Source of the DNA: Cyanophyceae cyanobacterium
GTDB taxonomy: Bacteria > Cyanobacteriota > Cyanobacteriia > Cyanobacteriales > Laspinemataceae
Direction: 5' to 3'
DNA length: 64,000 nt
Assembly (NCBI GenBank): GCA_038321985.1
Contig: JBBQFN010000001.1
Coordinates: 32,001 to 96,000, forward strand
The notes under the pieces were generated by a model that worked only from the letters and a program-made list of their open reading frames with translations, ran no database searches and had not been told where the DNA came from. The position numbers and the translations under genes were made by a program. Below, piece after piece: positions 21,112 through 30,552 of the stretch (position 1 is the stretch's first letter; each line of letters opens with the position of its first letter).

Positions 21112-21149
21112 TCGGGTCTACTCCTAAAACAGTCTCGGGATTGAGTGAG

Positions 21150-21236
21150 GCGCGTTCCTTCGGGAAAACCCCCTACTTCCGTCTCTGCCTGAGAGCTAAC
21201 ATTGAGCTAGTTTACCAAGCCGGTAGAGATGAACGT
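21150..21236 (-). ncRNA. glutamine riboswitch (glnA motif / glutamine-I)
   Basis: Minus strand reads ACGTTCATCTCT...AGAGACGGAAGTAGGGGGTTTTCCCGAAGGAACGCGC: CGUUC/GAACG P1, GGAAGUA E-loop and P3; lies in the 5' leader of gifB. Confidence 0.9.
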
Positions 21237-21247
21237 ATCCATAAATT

Positions 21248-21265
21248 CTGTATTAATTTTTACAG
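21248..21265. promoter_or_regulatory. NtcA binding site (GTA-N8-TAC), probably repressing gifB
   Basis: CTGTA-TTAATTTT-TACAG lies between a minus-strand TTGACA (21279-21284) and the riboswitch. Confidence 0.85.
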
Positions 21266-21574
21266 TTTTGTTTTTTTTTGTCAAGCCCGTTAGAATAGCT
21301 TTACAACGATTAAAGATACTCGCCAATTAGTTTTTAAATCACCTATTAACAGTGGCTCAGCGCAAAAAAAGACACCCTAACTAGGTGTCCCCCTTCAAAT
21401 TTTAAATCGGAGTGACTCAGACTAATTAGTGGGCCGATCCGTTTCCATGATAGTTATCAGAATCATAGAATCCGTTTTTGGTGCCAAAAAACAGGCAGGA
21501 TACGATAAACACAATGCTCAAAATCGGCAGAATTAATTTGATATCCATAAATTTCCAGTAAGAACAAAGCCAGG

Positions 21575-22183
21575 ATGAATGAAACCCCAGTAGCTATTGT
21601 AGAACCTGAATGGCTGGCCCGTCCATCAATAGAGGTGGCACCGGCTTTAATTGGCTGCGGTTTGGTGCGCGAACTGCCCAATGGACAACGGATTCGGGGG
21701 ATGATTGTAGAAACAGAAGCTTATGAACCCGGAGATCCGGCTAATCATGGCTACCGACGCCGCACCCCTCGCAATGAGGCCATGTTTGGGCCAGCGGGAA
21801 CCATTTATGTTTATCTGATTTATGGGATGTACCACTGTCTGAATATTGCAACCGATCGCGAGGGGGTTGCCAGTGCTGTATTGATTCGTGCTTTACAATT
21901 GGAGACGATGCCGCCCTGGATTCAAACGCCGGAGAAACTATCTCGCATTGCCGCAGGACCGGGTAAACTTTGTCGCACCCTGCAAATCGATCGCAGCTTG
22001 AACGATCGCCCATTACAGGCAGGCAGTGCGCTGTCGTTAGAACACCGCCCCCTAGAATTTCAGCAGCAGTTAGAAGCAGGGGCGATGGGACTGGTTCAAA
22101 CCTTCCGGATTGGAATTTCTGTAGGAACGGAATTACCTTGGCGCTGGTATTTGGCAAACAGTCCCTCCGTCTCAAAACCTTAA
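21575..22183 (+). CDS. mpg: DNA-3-methyladenine glycosylase (MPG/AAG family)
   Basis: IVETEAY, MFGPAG.IYVYLIYGMYHCLN, AVLIRA, GPGKLC, RIGIS..LPWRWY. Confidence 0.95.
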   Translation: MNETPVAIVEPEWLARPSIEVAPALIGCGLVRELPNGQRIRGMIVETEAYEPGDPANHGYRRRTPRNEAMFGPAGTIYVYLIYGMYHCLNIATDREGVASAVLIRALQLETMPPWIQTPEKLSRIAAGPGKLCRTLQIDRSLNDRPLQAGSALSLEHRPLEFQQQLEAGAMGLVQTFRIGISVGTELPWRWYLANSPSVSKP

Positions 22184-22208
22184 AAATTTGAGTCGTTGAG
22201 TAAGCCTC

Positions 22209-22748
22209 TTAAATTTCCAAGGGTTCTCCGCGATCGGTAAATTCAACCGTCTCGATCTGCCACTGGGGATTTTCCGTTAAAGTCCTTTCCAGACTGCCGA
22301 AGAGGGAAAACCGCTCACAGCTAGAAAGGGAAACGAATTGACGTTCAGAACTAGGGTCTGCACGCAGATCCACCGTGGCAATTCTGGTGGTGTTATCCAC
22401 CGTCACCCGATAACCAACGATATCAAAATCAACAGTGCCCGCGTTTTGGATGACTTGAGCAACTGCCGCCTCAATGGGGCGATCGCCCGGAACCGTCACC
22501 GTTTGCGGGAGGAGTTCTTGACATTGGGGGTCTGCTTCGTAAATCGTTACGTTAGCCGTCGCGACGGATTGGGGTTGCTGGGAATCGGGGGATCCCGTGC
22601 CATTGGTAGGGGATGAGGGCATCCCCGGGTCCGTTCTGGGTGCTGTACCACACCCCGTTACGGACAAGAAAATCAAGAGAGTGATGCCAACGATCGGCTT
22701 GGCTATATATTTTTTGAGGATAGAATTCGAGTGAAAAACTTTTTGCAT
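22209..22748 (-). CDS. GerMN-like (sporulation/spore germination domain) lipoprotein
   Basis: Lipobox VTG-C after a hydrophobic stretch; [26 protein letters not shown]; the ORF-track extension to 23036 is antisense to pyrB. Confidence 0.78.
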   Translation of the reverse strand: MQKVFHSNSILKKYIAKPIVGITLLIFLSVTGCGTAPRTDPGMPSSPTNGTGSPDSQQPQSVATANVTIYEADPQCQELLPQTVTVPGDRPIEAAVAQVIQNAGTVDFDIVGYRVTVDNTTRIATVDLRADPSSERQFVSLSSCERFSLFGSLERTLTENPQWQIETVEFTDRGEPLEI

Positions 22749-23739
22749 GGCTACTACCTGGACTCGCCGCCACATTATTTCGCTGGCTGATTTTGTTTCT
22801 TCAGAATACGATACGGTGTTGCAAACTGCCGCTAGTTTTGGGGAAGTCCTTTCCCGACGGATGAAAAAAGTCCCTACCCTGCAAGGGCAGGTGGTGGCAA
22901 ATTTATTTTTTGAACCCTCCACACGCACCCGCAGCAGTTTTGAACTCGCTGCGAAACGACTCTCCGCAGATACCCTAAATTTTGCCCCCGGATCCTCTTC
23001 CCTGACGAAAGGGGAGACCATTTTAGATACTGCCAAGACTTATTTGGCAATGGGTACGGATTTGATGGTGATTCGCCATCGGGAGGCGGGAGTACCCCAG
23101 GCGATCGCGACAGAAATGGACCGACTCGGCGCAAAAGTTGGGGTCCTGAATGCCGGAGACGGGCAACATGAACATCCCTCTCAAGGATTGCTGGATTTAT
23201 TTACCATCTGTTCCCTGCTGGATCGAGATCATCCCCGTTTAGAACTGCTTCAGGGCAAAAAAATTGCCATCGTGGGGGATATTCTGCATTCGCGGGTAGC
23301 GCGCTCAAATATTTGGAGTTTGACGGCAGCAACCGGCGCGGAACTACATCTGGCGGGACCTCCGACCCTCTTACCCCAACTCTTTGCCGAGATGGGCGTC
23401 GGGAGATCCGGCCAGTTATCGTTACATTGGAGCGTAGAAGAAGCCCTGGAAAATGCTGATTTTGTGATGACTTTACGATTGCAAAAGGAGCGGATGAGCC
23501 AGCATTTGTTACCCAGTTTGAGGGAGTATCATCAACACTATGGGATTACCCGCGATCGCCTCCGACTCTGTAACCCGAATGTCAAAATTTTACATCCTGG
23601 CCCGGTGAATCGGGGGGTAGAAATCAGCTCCGACCTGATGGATGACCCCCAGTTTAGCCTAATTTCCCAGCAAGTCACCTCCGGGGTCGCTGTTCGCATG
23701 GCCCTGCTCTATTTGATGGGAGGTGGAAAGGTTCAGTAG
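22747..23739 (+). CDS. pyrB: aspartate carbamoyltransferase catalytic subunit
   Basis: [25 protein letters not shown] and [12 protein letters not shown] motifs. Confidence 0.98.
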   Translation: MATTWTRRHIISLADFVSSEYDTVLQTAASFGEVLSRRMKKVPTLQGQVVANLFFEPSTRTRSSFELAAKRLSADTLNFAPGSSSLTKGETILDTAKTYLAMGTDLMVIRHREAGVPQAIATEMDRLGAKVGVLNAGDGQHEHPSQGLLDLFTICSLLDRDHPRLELLQGKKIAIVGDILHSRVARSNIWSLTAATGAELHLAGPPTLLPQLFAEMGVGRSGQLSLHWSVEEALENADFVMTLRLQKERMSQHLLPSLREYHQHYGITRDRLRLCNPNVKILHPGPVNRGVEISSDLMDDPQFSLISQQVTSGVAVRMALLYLMGGGKVQ

Positions 23740-23794
23740 AATGGATAGGGGGATTTTAAACTAAGTTATAACTGACCCTCAAGAAGCATCAACC

Positions 23795-24289
23795 ATGACC
23801 AACCAAACCTTGCCAATCTCGGTCCCCGAGGCGATCGCTTCTTCAAATGGCGATCGCTTTGCCCTGACCTTCGCCCCCTTATCTCTAGAAGAAGTTTACG
23901 CCCTTGCTGATGACCCGGGCAATGGTGCAGTGGTGGTCATGAGTGGCATGGTTCGCAATCAAACCGATGGGAAACCTGTAGTCGCCTTGGAGTATCAAGC
24001 CTACGCACCTATGGCCGTGGCGGTATTTGGGCAAATTGCCGCCTCGATCCGGTCCACTTGGCCCGATATAAATCGCGTCGTCCTGTTTCATCGTACAGGG
24101 CGCTTACAAATTGGCGAAATTAGCGTCTTAGTTGCGGTGGGTTCTCCCCATAGGCGAGAGGCATTTGAAGCCTGCCAGTATGCGATCGATACCCTCAAGC
24201 ACAACGCCCCCATCTGGAAAAAAGAACATTGGGCTGATGGTTCCAGTTCTTGGGTCAGTATCGGCGCTTGTGAAACCCCGAACGAGTGA
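23795..24289 (+). CDS. moaE: molybdopterin synthase catalytic subunit MoaE
   Basis: GAVVVMSGMVRN, LEYQAY, HRTGRL.IGE.SV, SPHR, IDTLKHNAPIWKKE. Confidence 0.96.
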   Translation: MTNQTLPISVPEAIASSNGDRFALTFAPLSLEEVYALADDPGNGAVVVMSGMVRNQTDGKPVVALEYQAYAPMAVAVFGQIAASIRSTWPDINRVVLFHRTGRLQIGEISVLVAVGSPHRREAFEACQYAIDTLKHNAPIWKKEHWADGSSSWVSIGACETPNE

Positions 24290-24534
24290 CAAAAAACCCG
24301 ATTTCTGGGAAAGGACATTAACTCTGGAACTGCTGACCCTGGGTTCCAATCGCTCAAAGTTTCCGAGCAATTGGTAAAAATAAGAAACAGGGGAAACAAT
24401 TGATCCTTTCATGAGTCTTGCACTCCACAGCGCCCAACTCCCAACTGCCACTCCCCCAACTCCTGGAAACGGGAACTTTTGTTAGGATAAAAGGGTCTTT
24501 ATTTATTGGAATGTTATAAAACCAATTCCACCCC

Positions 24535-25191
24535 ATGAGTTATACTCCTTCTACATCCTGGCAAACGGGGGAGGCCACAAATCCTCCAGCTTCAGTGCCA
24601 CCAGATAAACTATCAAACAACGATTTAGTCCTACGGTGTCAGGAGGGCCTCAGCCCAGACCGTCCGGCGTTTGCCGAACTGCTGCGCCGTTATCAGTCTC
24701 ATGTGGACAAAATTTTGTACCACTTGGCTCCTGATTGGCAAGACCGGGCAGATTTAGCCCAGGAAGTTTGGATTCGGGTTTACCGGAATGTCAAACGGTT
24801 AAACGACCCCGTTAAATTCCGGGGTTGGTTAAGCCGAATTGCCACTAATTTGTTTTACGACGAGCTCCGCAAGCGCAAGCGGGTGCGCGACCCCCTTTCT
24901 TTGGATGCCCCTCGAATGTTAGAGGATGGGCAAATGGATTGGGAAATAGCGGCGGATGAACCCGGTCCTGAAGATGACTTGACTACCCGCGAATTTTACG
25001 ACCAATTACGCGCCGCGATCGCGGATTTACCAGAAGTATTCCGCACGACTATTGTCCTGCGGGAAATTGAAGGGTTAGCTTACGAGGAAATTGCTGAAAT
25101 TACCGGCGTTTCTCTCGGAACCGTAAAATCTAGAATTGCCCGCGCCCGTCAGCGTCTGCAAGTTCAACTTCAAGGTTATTTGGACAGTTAG
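24535..25191 (+). CDS. sigG: ECF sigma-70 factor (SigG-like)
   Basis: DLAQEVWIRVYR, FRGWLSRIATN and YEEIAEITGVSLGTVKSRIARAR; followed by an anti-sigma gene. Confidence 0.85.
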   Translation: MSYTPSTSWQTGEATNPPASVPPDKLSNNDLVLRCQEGLSPDRPAFAELLRRYQSHVDKILYHLAPDWQDRADLAQEVWIRVYRNVKRLNDPVKFRGWLSRIATNLFYDELRKRKRVRDPLSLDAPRMLEDGQMDWEIAADEPGPEDDLTTREFYDQLRAAIADLPEVFRTTIVLREIEGLAYEEIAEITGVSLGTVKSRIARARQRLQVQLQGYLDS

Positions 25192-25357
25192 GCGTCGGGT
25201 TGTAGTATTTGAAGCGCAAGTTTCTGATGTAACTTAACGTTGGATTTTTTAACGTTAGACGCCAAATCTATTCAGATATGATTATTAGTAAACAATCTTG
25301 CTGTTGTGATTATTATTCAGGGTGCATTATCCAGTTTGACTTGGTGGTGGTATTAAC

Positions 25358-26509
25358 ATGAATCCTAACTATGAATCCCATCACGCTCCCAAAAAACAAA
25401 CCCAAGGGGGTTCACGATCTTTTAACTTAACCGATCGCAATCAGCCAATGGCAGCGTGCAATTCCGTGACCCCAGATTCAGTCCAGATCGAAGATCCGAC
25501 CGTAGAGCGAGTTGAGTTGCTCAGTGCTTACCTGGATGGTGAGGTAACACAGTCCGAACGTCAGCAAGTAGAAAGCTGGCTAGAAAATGATCCGGCACTC
25601 AGCGATTTACATTCACAACTTTTAGCCCTGCATCAGGGATGGATTTCTCTACCGGCACCGCCTGAAAACCAGCCTGTAGATGCCTTACTTAATAGTGTTT
25701 TTAGCCGTATTGACGAGATCGAACAACTAGAAGCCGTTACGCCGATGGTTGCCGAAAACGCCGTTGCCGCTATTCCTGCCGATCACTTTGAATTACTGAG
25801 TGCTTACCTGGATGGGGAAGCAACTCAGGCCGAATCTCAGCAAGTGGAAGGCTGGCTCTCCAGTGATGCCCCGTTTAGAAACTTACATTCGAGACTCTTA
25901 AGCCTGCATCAGGAATTGGTCTCATTACCGGCACCATCCGAAACGCAGCCTGTAGATACCTTACTTAATAGTGTCTTTAACCGCATTGACGAACTCGAAC
26001 GATTGGAAGCTAAAATTCCGATTGTTTGTGAAGGCGAAGATGTAGCACTCGCTACGGGACGCTTTGAATTAGTCAGTGCTTATATTGATGGCGAAGCAAC
26101 TCAGGCTGAACGTCGTCAGGTTCAAGACTGGCTCGATCGCGATCCCGAGGTCAAACGCCTGTATTTGAACTTGATTAAACTGCGGCAAAGTGTCCAAGTT
26201 TTGCCGGTTCCTGCGCCGGTGCAACCCGTGCAAGAAACGGTACAGAAATTGTTCCGACGCCTCGATCGCCAGCGTCATCGGCGAATTGTATGGGGTGGCG
26301 TGGCAGCTGCTGCGTTGATTTTAGCCGGGTTATCTAGTCTAATTTTCCGCGATCGCACTTATAGCCCTCAGATGGCAACGGTCCCAGAAGTCCAAACGCC
26401 TTCCGAACGGTTGATGATTGCCTTAAATGGGCCCGTTGTAGAGATTCCAGAAGCTCCAAAAGCCACGGAACAAAAACCCATTGAATCCCGCGCTCTATTT
26501 GTGGAATGA
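25358..26509 (+). CDS. transmembrane anti-sigma factor with three tandem anti-sigma domains
   Basis: Three EL(L/V)SAY(L/I)DGE..ER.QV..WL units, then RRHRR + TM helix (WGGVAAAALILAGLSSLIF). Confidence 0.9.
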   Translation: MNPNYESHHAPKKQTQGGSRSFNLTDRNQPMAACNSVTPDSVQIEDPTVERVELLSAYLDGEVTQSERQQVESWLENDPALSDLHSQLLALHQGWISLPAPPENQPVDALLNSVFSRIDEIEQLEAVTPMVAENAVAAIPADHFELLSAYLDGEATQAESQQVEGWLSSDAPFRNLHSRLLSLHQELVSLPAPSETQPVDTLLNSVFNRIDELERLEAKIPIVCEGEDVALATGRFELVSAYIDGEATQAERRQVQDWLDRDPEVKRLYLNLIKLRQSVQVLPVPAPVQPVQETVQKLFRRLDRQRHRRIVWGGVAAAALILAGLSSLIFRDRTYSPQMATVPEVQTPSERLMIALNGPVVEIPEAPKATEQKPIESRALFVE

Positions 26510-26683
26510 GGGGATACCCGCAATCGATTCCACCAGAAATCAGACTCACGGAACAGAAGGTCCATTCTGAAATGGATTGCCCCTGGGAGGGAGTCTAGTT
26601 GATGTGAAACGGGCCGTGATAATACAGACAAACCTAAATTGGGGTGAAAAGAACCCATAAAATAGGTGTTACGAACGGCGATC

Positions 26684-26744
26684 GCCCATAGCTAAAGCGA
26701 CTCCTTTTCCCTAATATGGGAATAGATCACAGCTATGGGCTTTT
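26684..26744 (+). terminator. probable terminator after the sigma/anti-sigma operon
   Basis: GCCCATAGCT (26684-26693) pairs with AGCTATGGGC (26731-26740); inner TTCCC/GGGAA pairing; followed by TTTT. Confidence 0.6.
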
Positions 26745-27851
26745 ATCCATCCGTGCAGGGGGTCCGGTCTACCGTAAATGAAGGAAATTCTCAGAATTTT
26801 TTTATGAAAACTCTTCATTAATGGAGTAGAAAGAATTGTTTTGCTCGGCCCCAACAATTTTTCGTGGGATTAGAGAAAAAGGAATGGGAGGAGAGAAACC
26901 GGGGTTTCTTTCTAGGGCGTCCGTATAATCTCTGATGCCTAATTTTTGAACCTACCGGATGGATCGAAACCCCCTATTTAGATAGAAAGCTAATTTTTTG
27001 TCTCTACCTGCTTTTAAGATACCCAATATTCTAGGCGATCGCACTGTTGAGATGAGAAAAAAGAAATTATAAAAAATTCCAATTTTACTTAGGAAGTCTT
27101 TTTTCTCAGTAATTTCTCGGATGATTGAGACCCCTTCCGGGGAAATCTTAACTCACCCATCCAGATGAATGGAATCAGCTACAACCCGTAGAGTTTTCTC
27201 CTCCCCAGAGCATTACCCTGGGGGAATAAATTTTTAGATTCCTTCTGTTTCTTGACTCTTCTCTCATGTCCCTGTAAAGGTTTTAAAAAATTTTTAGAGA
27301 CTTTTTAGAGGGAATCGATAAAGAATCAGCTTTACTAAAGATTTACAAACCTGGTCCTGTTATATAGGGAACAATAGGATTAATATCATATCAATGATTT
27401 TACAGCCTCCTCCTTTAGAGTGAAACTCTAAACCGGGATTATACTGTTGGTAGATACTTTAAAGGGGATGACGAGAGGCACTCTTAAATCTCATACTTTA
27501 GGAAAGCGAAACCCGCACCCTGAATTTCCGTCTTCGATCGGATAGGGGTAAGTTTAGAGGTCCATGATTTCGGCAGGGTCCTTTTGTAGAGGGGCGGAGT
27601 GGAAGAGTCATCGAAGCATAACCCCTTAAAACAGAGTTACCCAGTTAGGTTTAGCTGTTTAGAATCGCTTCCTTGCCTAGAGTGCAATCACTTGGGCGAT
27701 CGCAATTATTCCCTCGGAAACAAATTTGTTGAGGGGGCTTCATAAAAGTTAACCGAGGGGTGAGGGATACCAGACAAATTGATGGGTGAAATTCAGGATA
27801 AATTTGAAACATTTAAACGTCATTCTATTTAGTCTATACAGGAGAAAACCA

Positions 27852-28397
27852 ATGAATCTTAAACAGGTATTGCAACTGGCGATCGCGGGTGTTGTAGCAA
27901 CCGCCGTCCCCCTACTCAGCGCCCAACAATCCAACGCTCAGTCAGCCACTCCCGTCCAATCCTTTCAGTGTCAAATTTCTCCTGATCAACTCTTTGTTAC
28001 TCTAGCCGTTCGACAAGACGGACAGGTTTCCGACCCGCTGATCGTCTGGAAAACTGAAGAATTTAGCGGAGCCGGATATACCCCAGAACGACGGTGTACA
28101 GAGGTAACAAGTCGGCTCAATACCCTCTTACAGGAGAATGAGCAGAGTTTAAAGGGACTGTACATGACTGCTGGGTTGGTTAATGGTGAGGCAGTCCTGT
28201 GCGCTGTCAGCAGTACCCGATCAGGTTGTAACACCAGAAATGTGCTGTTTACCCTCAACCACGCCAATCGTCGCAACCCGAGCCAAATGTTACGAAATCT
28301 GGCAAGTGCTGGGGTGGTGGGTAGCGGTAACGCCATTCAAGAGTCGGGAGGACAACCCTATGTTGATTTAGAAATTTTAGTCAATCAACTGTTCTAA
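27852..28397 (+). CDS. COP23 (circadian oscillating protein)-domain secreted protein
   Basis: RBS AGGAG; signal peptide; F.C..LIVW...FSGAGYTPERRCTEVTSRL..G.VNG..VLC..C...VLFTL pattern. Confidence 0.88.
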   Translation: MNLKQVLQLAIAGVVATAVPLLSAQQSNAQSATPVQSFQCQISPDQLFVTLAVRQDGQVSDPLIVWKTEEFSGAGYTPERRCTEVTSRLNTLLQENEQSLKGLYMTAGLVNGEAVLCAVSSTRSGCNTRNVLFTLNHANRRNPSQMLRNLASAGVVGSGNAIQESGGQPYVDLEILVNQLF

Positions 28398-28511
28398 TCA
28401 TCCTACTCCTTGAAAGTTGTACAAAGCATTTTGCTGGAAATCGCCCATGCTTGGCGAGCTGGAATGGCAGGGTTTCAGTCGATTGGTCCAGTCAGAAAAG
28501 AGAACCGAAAT

Positions 28512-29086
28512 ATGAGCCCGAAAAAAATAGGCCGATGGGTTGCAGCCTTTTTACTGGCAACCCAAGGAAGTTTACTCCTATCCCCAAACAGTACCGCGTC
28601 TTCCCCCAGTTCAGTGGTGTCCTTTGAATGCCAGCCCTTGGAGAGCTTTTATACGATTCGAGCCGTCCGAACCGATGGCGTCGTATCAGAGCCGATGATG
28701 TCTTGGAGAAATCAAGACAACAGCAGTTCCGGTGAATCAATAGAAGCTAACTGCCAGCAGGTATCAGACCGACTCAATGCAGTTTTCCAACAAAATGGGG
28801 ACAGCCTCAGTGGGTTATATCTCACCGTAGGCCGAGTCAATGGGGATATGGTTGTTTGTGCGGTAAATAGGACCGATATCGGCTGCAATCGCCAAAATGT
28901 GTTGTTTAGTTTCAATGGCAATAATCGAGTAGAACCCGCTAAATTGTTGACCGGATTGCTCGGGACTGATGGGTTAGTTAACCTAGTCGTAGTGGGGAAT
29001 TTATTGCAGGATTTTTCCCCCCTGCCTACGCTAATTTTGACCGGGTAGTTGACATACTGTTTGAGTCCTCAGGAGAAAATAAGTGA
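28512..29086 (+). pseudogene. second COP23-domain protein with an apparent 1-bp frameshift near 28980 (in-frame ORF stops at 29048)
   Basis: Same four-Cys COP23 pattern; the -1 frame from 28982 gives PAYANFDRVVDILF, matching the paralog's QPYVDLEILVNQLF C-terminus. Confidence 0.65.
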
Positions 29087-29095
29087 GGAAAGCTT

Positions 29096-29206
29096 ATGCG
29101 CTTTATTGAAGATAGCCGGCGATTCCGGCGGAACCCGGAGCGAATACGCAAGAGTGCAGTGCATGATTGCGCCCGTTGCCAGCCTGTTGATAAGGGAGAT
29201 TGGTAA
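29096..29206 (+). CDS. candidate 36-aa small protein, Arg-rich with CxxC
   Basis: GAGGA RBS then ATG; MRFIEDSRRFRRNPERIRKSAVHDCARCQPVDKGDW; stop directly before a terminator. Confidence 0.35.
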   Translation: MRFIEDSRRFRRNPERIRKSAVHDCARCQPVDKGDW

Positions 29207-29209
29207 ATG

Positions 29210-29244
29210 ACCTAGAGAGAGATGAAACTTTCTCTAGGTTTTTT
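29210..29244 (+). terminator. Rho-independent terminator
   Basis: ACCTAGAGA pairs with TCTCTAGGT, followed by TTTTT. Confidence 0.8.
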
Positions 29245-29452
29245 ATTCAGGAAAATAAAGGAGAAAATATAAATTTACCCCGGAGCAATTGCTGCTTTGT
29301 GCAGGTCCGATTAAAAAAGCTCTATCATGAGTCGGTGGCAACCCTGATTAGAATTCGAGATCAAGGGTGTAACCTATAAAGAAAGCACTACCTTAAAAGG
29401 TCCAAATTTCTCCCGTTAAATCTTTCTCAAAACTCTATATTAGCCAATTTGT

Positions 29453-30421
29453 ATGATATTCTTTTGCCGATTTCCTGCCTATTTGTTGGCAACAACAGCA
29501 GCATTGGCGATCGCAATTCCCTTGATGGCGAGTTCATCCTTGGCCCCCGAACAGGTAAATGCGATCGCCTCCCAAACCACGGTCATTATCGGACAAGGAT
29601 TACAAGAAGGAGATATCGAAGCTAGACAAGAATGGAATCCTGGATCCGGCGTGATTGTGGCACGAGACGGGAATATTTACTCCGTCTTAACAGCACTGCA
29701 CGTGGTCAGAACCCGAGAAGTCGTTTATGGGGTGAGGACCAGTGATGGGAAAGTTCATGTAGTTGATGACGTGGACACCCAAAGTAATATTATCGCCCTT
29801 GGGGAAGAACAAGGCGAATTAGGCGAGACGATTGAGGGCCTAGATCTAGCGATTGTCACTTTTAAAAGCAACCTCGATTATCCGATCGCTGTGATGGGAG
29901 AATCGGACCCTATTCATCGCGGAGAGCCCGTCTATATCTCCGGGTGGCCCAATCCCGATGATGAAAGCGCCCGCAGAGTCCGCGAATTCCAGGAAGGCAA
30001 CCTCACAGATATCGCTAATCCTCCCTCGGTTGATGGGGGATACAGCTTGCTCTATACCAACGAAACTAAGCGGGGAATGAGCGGGGGTCCGGTTTTTAAC
30101 CAAGATGGGGAATTAGTCGGCATTCACGGCAGGGGACGTGCTCAGGAAGAGCGTTATTGTGTTGATCGTGAGTTAAGCCAGAATAATAGTTGTGGGATCC
30201 AAACCCTACATTTTATCGATCGCGTTCAACGGGAGGGACTGGTCCTGGCATTTGCTTCACCCCCCATCGATCCGGCGGTGATCGTCCACGGCATGGCAAA
30301 TATGGAAGAGGCGGACACTATCGAAGATATTTATAAAGATTTTACTTTCTTGCGATCGCTCCTCCGAGATGGCCCCTCTGGAGGTTGTTCCAGTCTCTTA
30401 CTCGGAGAACCCTGCGATTGA
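29453..30421 (+). CDS. secreted trypsin-like serine protease (S1)
   Basis: Catalytic triad motifs LTALHVV, DLAIV and GMSGGPV; signal peptide. Confidence 0.92.
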   Translation: MIFFCRFPAYLLATTAALAIAIPLMASSSLAPEQVNAIASQTTVIIGQGLQEGDIEARQEWNPGSGVIVARDGNIYSVLTALHVVRTREVVYGVRTSDGKVHVVDDVDTQSNIIALGEEQGELGETIEGLDLAIVTFKSNLDYPIAVMGESDPIHRGEPVYISGWPNPDDESARRVREFQEGNLTDIANPPSVDGGYSLLYTNETKRGMSGGPVFNQDGELVGIHGRGRAQEERYCVDRELSQNNSCGIQTLHFIDRVQREGLVLAFASPPIDPAVIVHGMANMEEADTIEDIYKDFTFLRSLLRDGPSGGCSSLLLGEPCD

Positions 30422-30552
30422 GGTGCTATTAATTTCCCCGTTTTGAGACCTGTTCTTAGACAATGGGATGGGAAACACCCTACCCCACTCTTCCCCGTTA
30501 TGTGGCATTTTATCGCACAGACCTTATCCACAGCTTGTTTTATTTGATTCCA

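Noticed and set aside
22749..23036. N-terminal 96 aa of the 275-aa minus-strand ORF
   Set aside because: Antisense shadow of pyrB; the lipoprotein signal begins only after the ATG at 22748.
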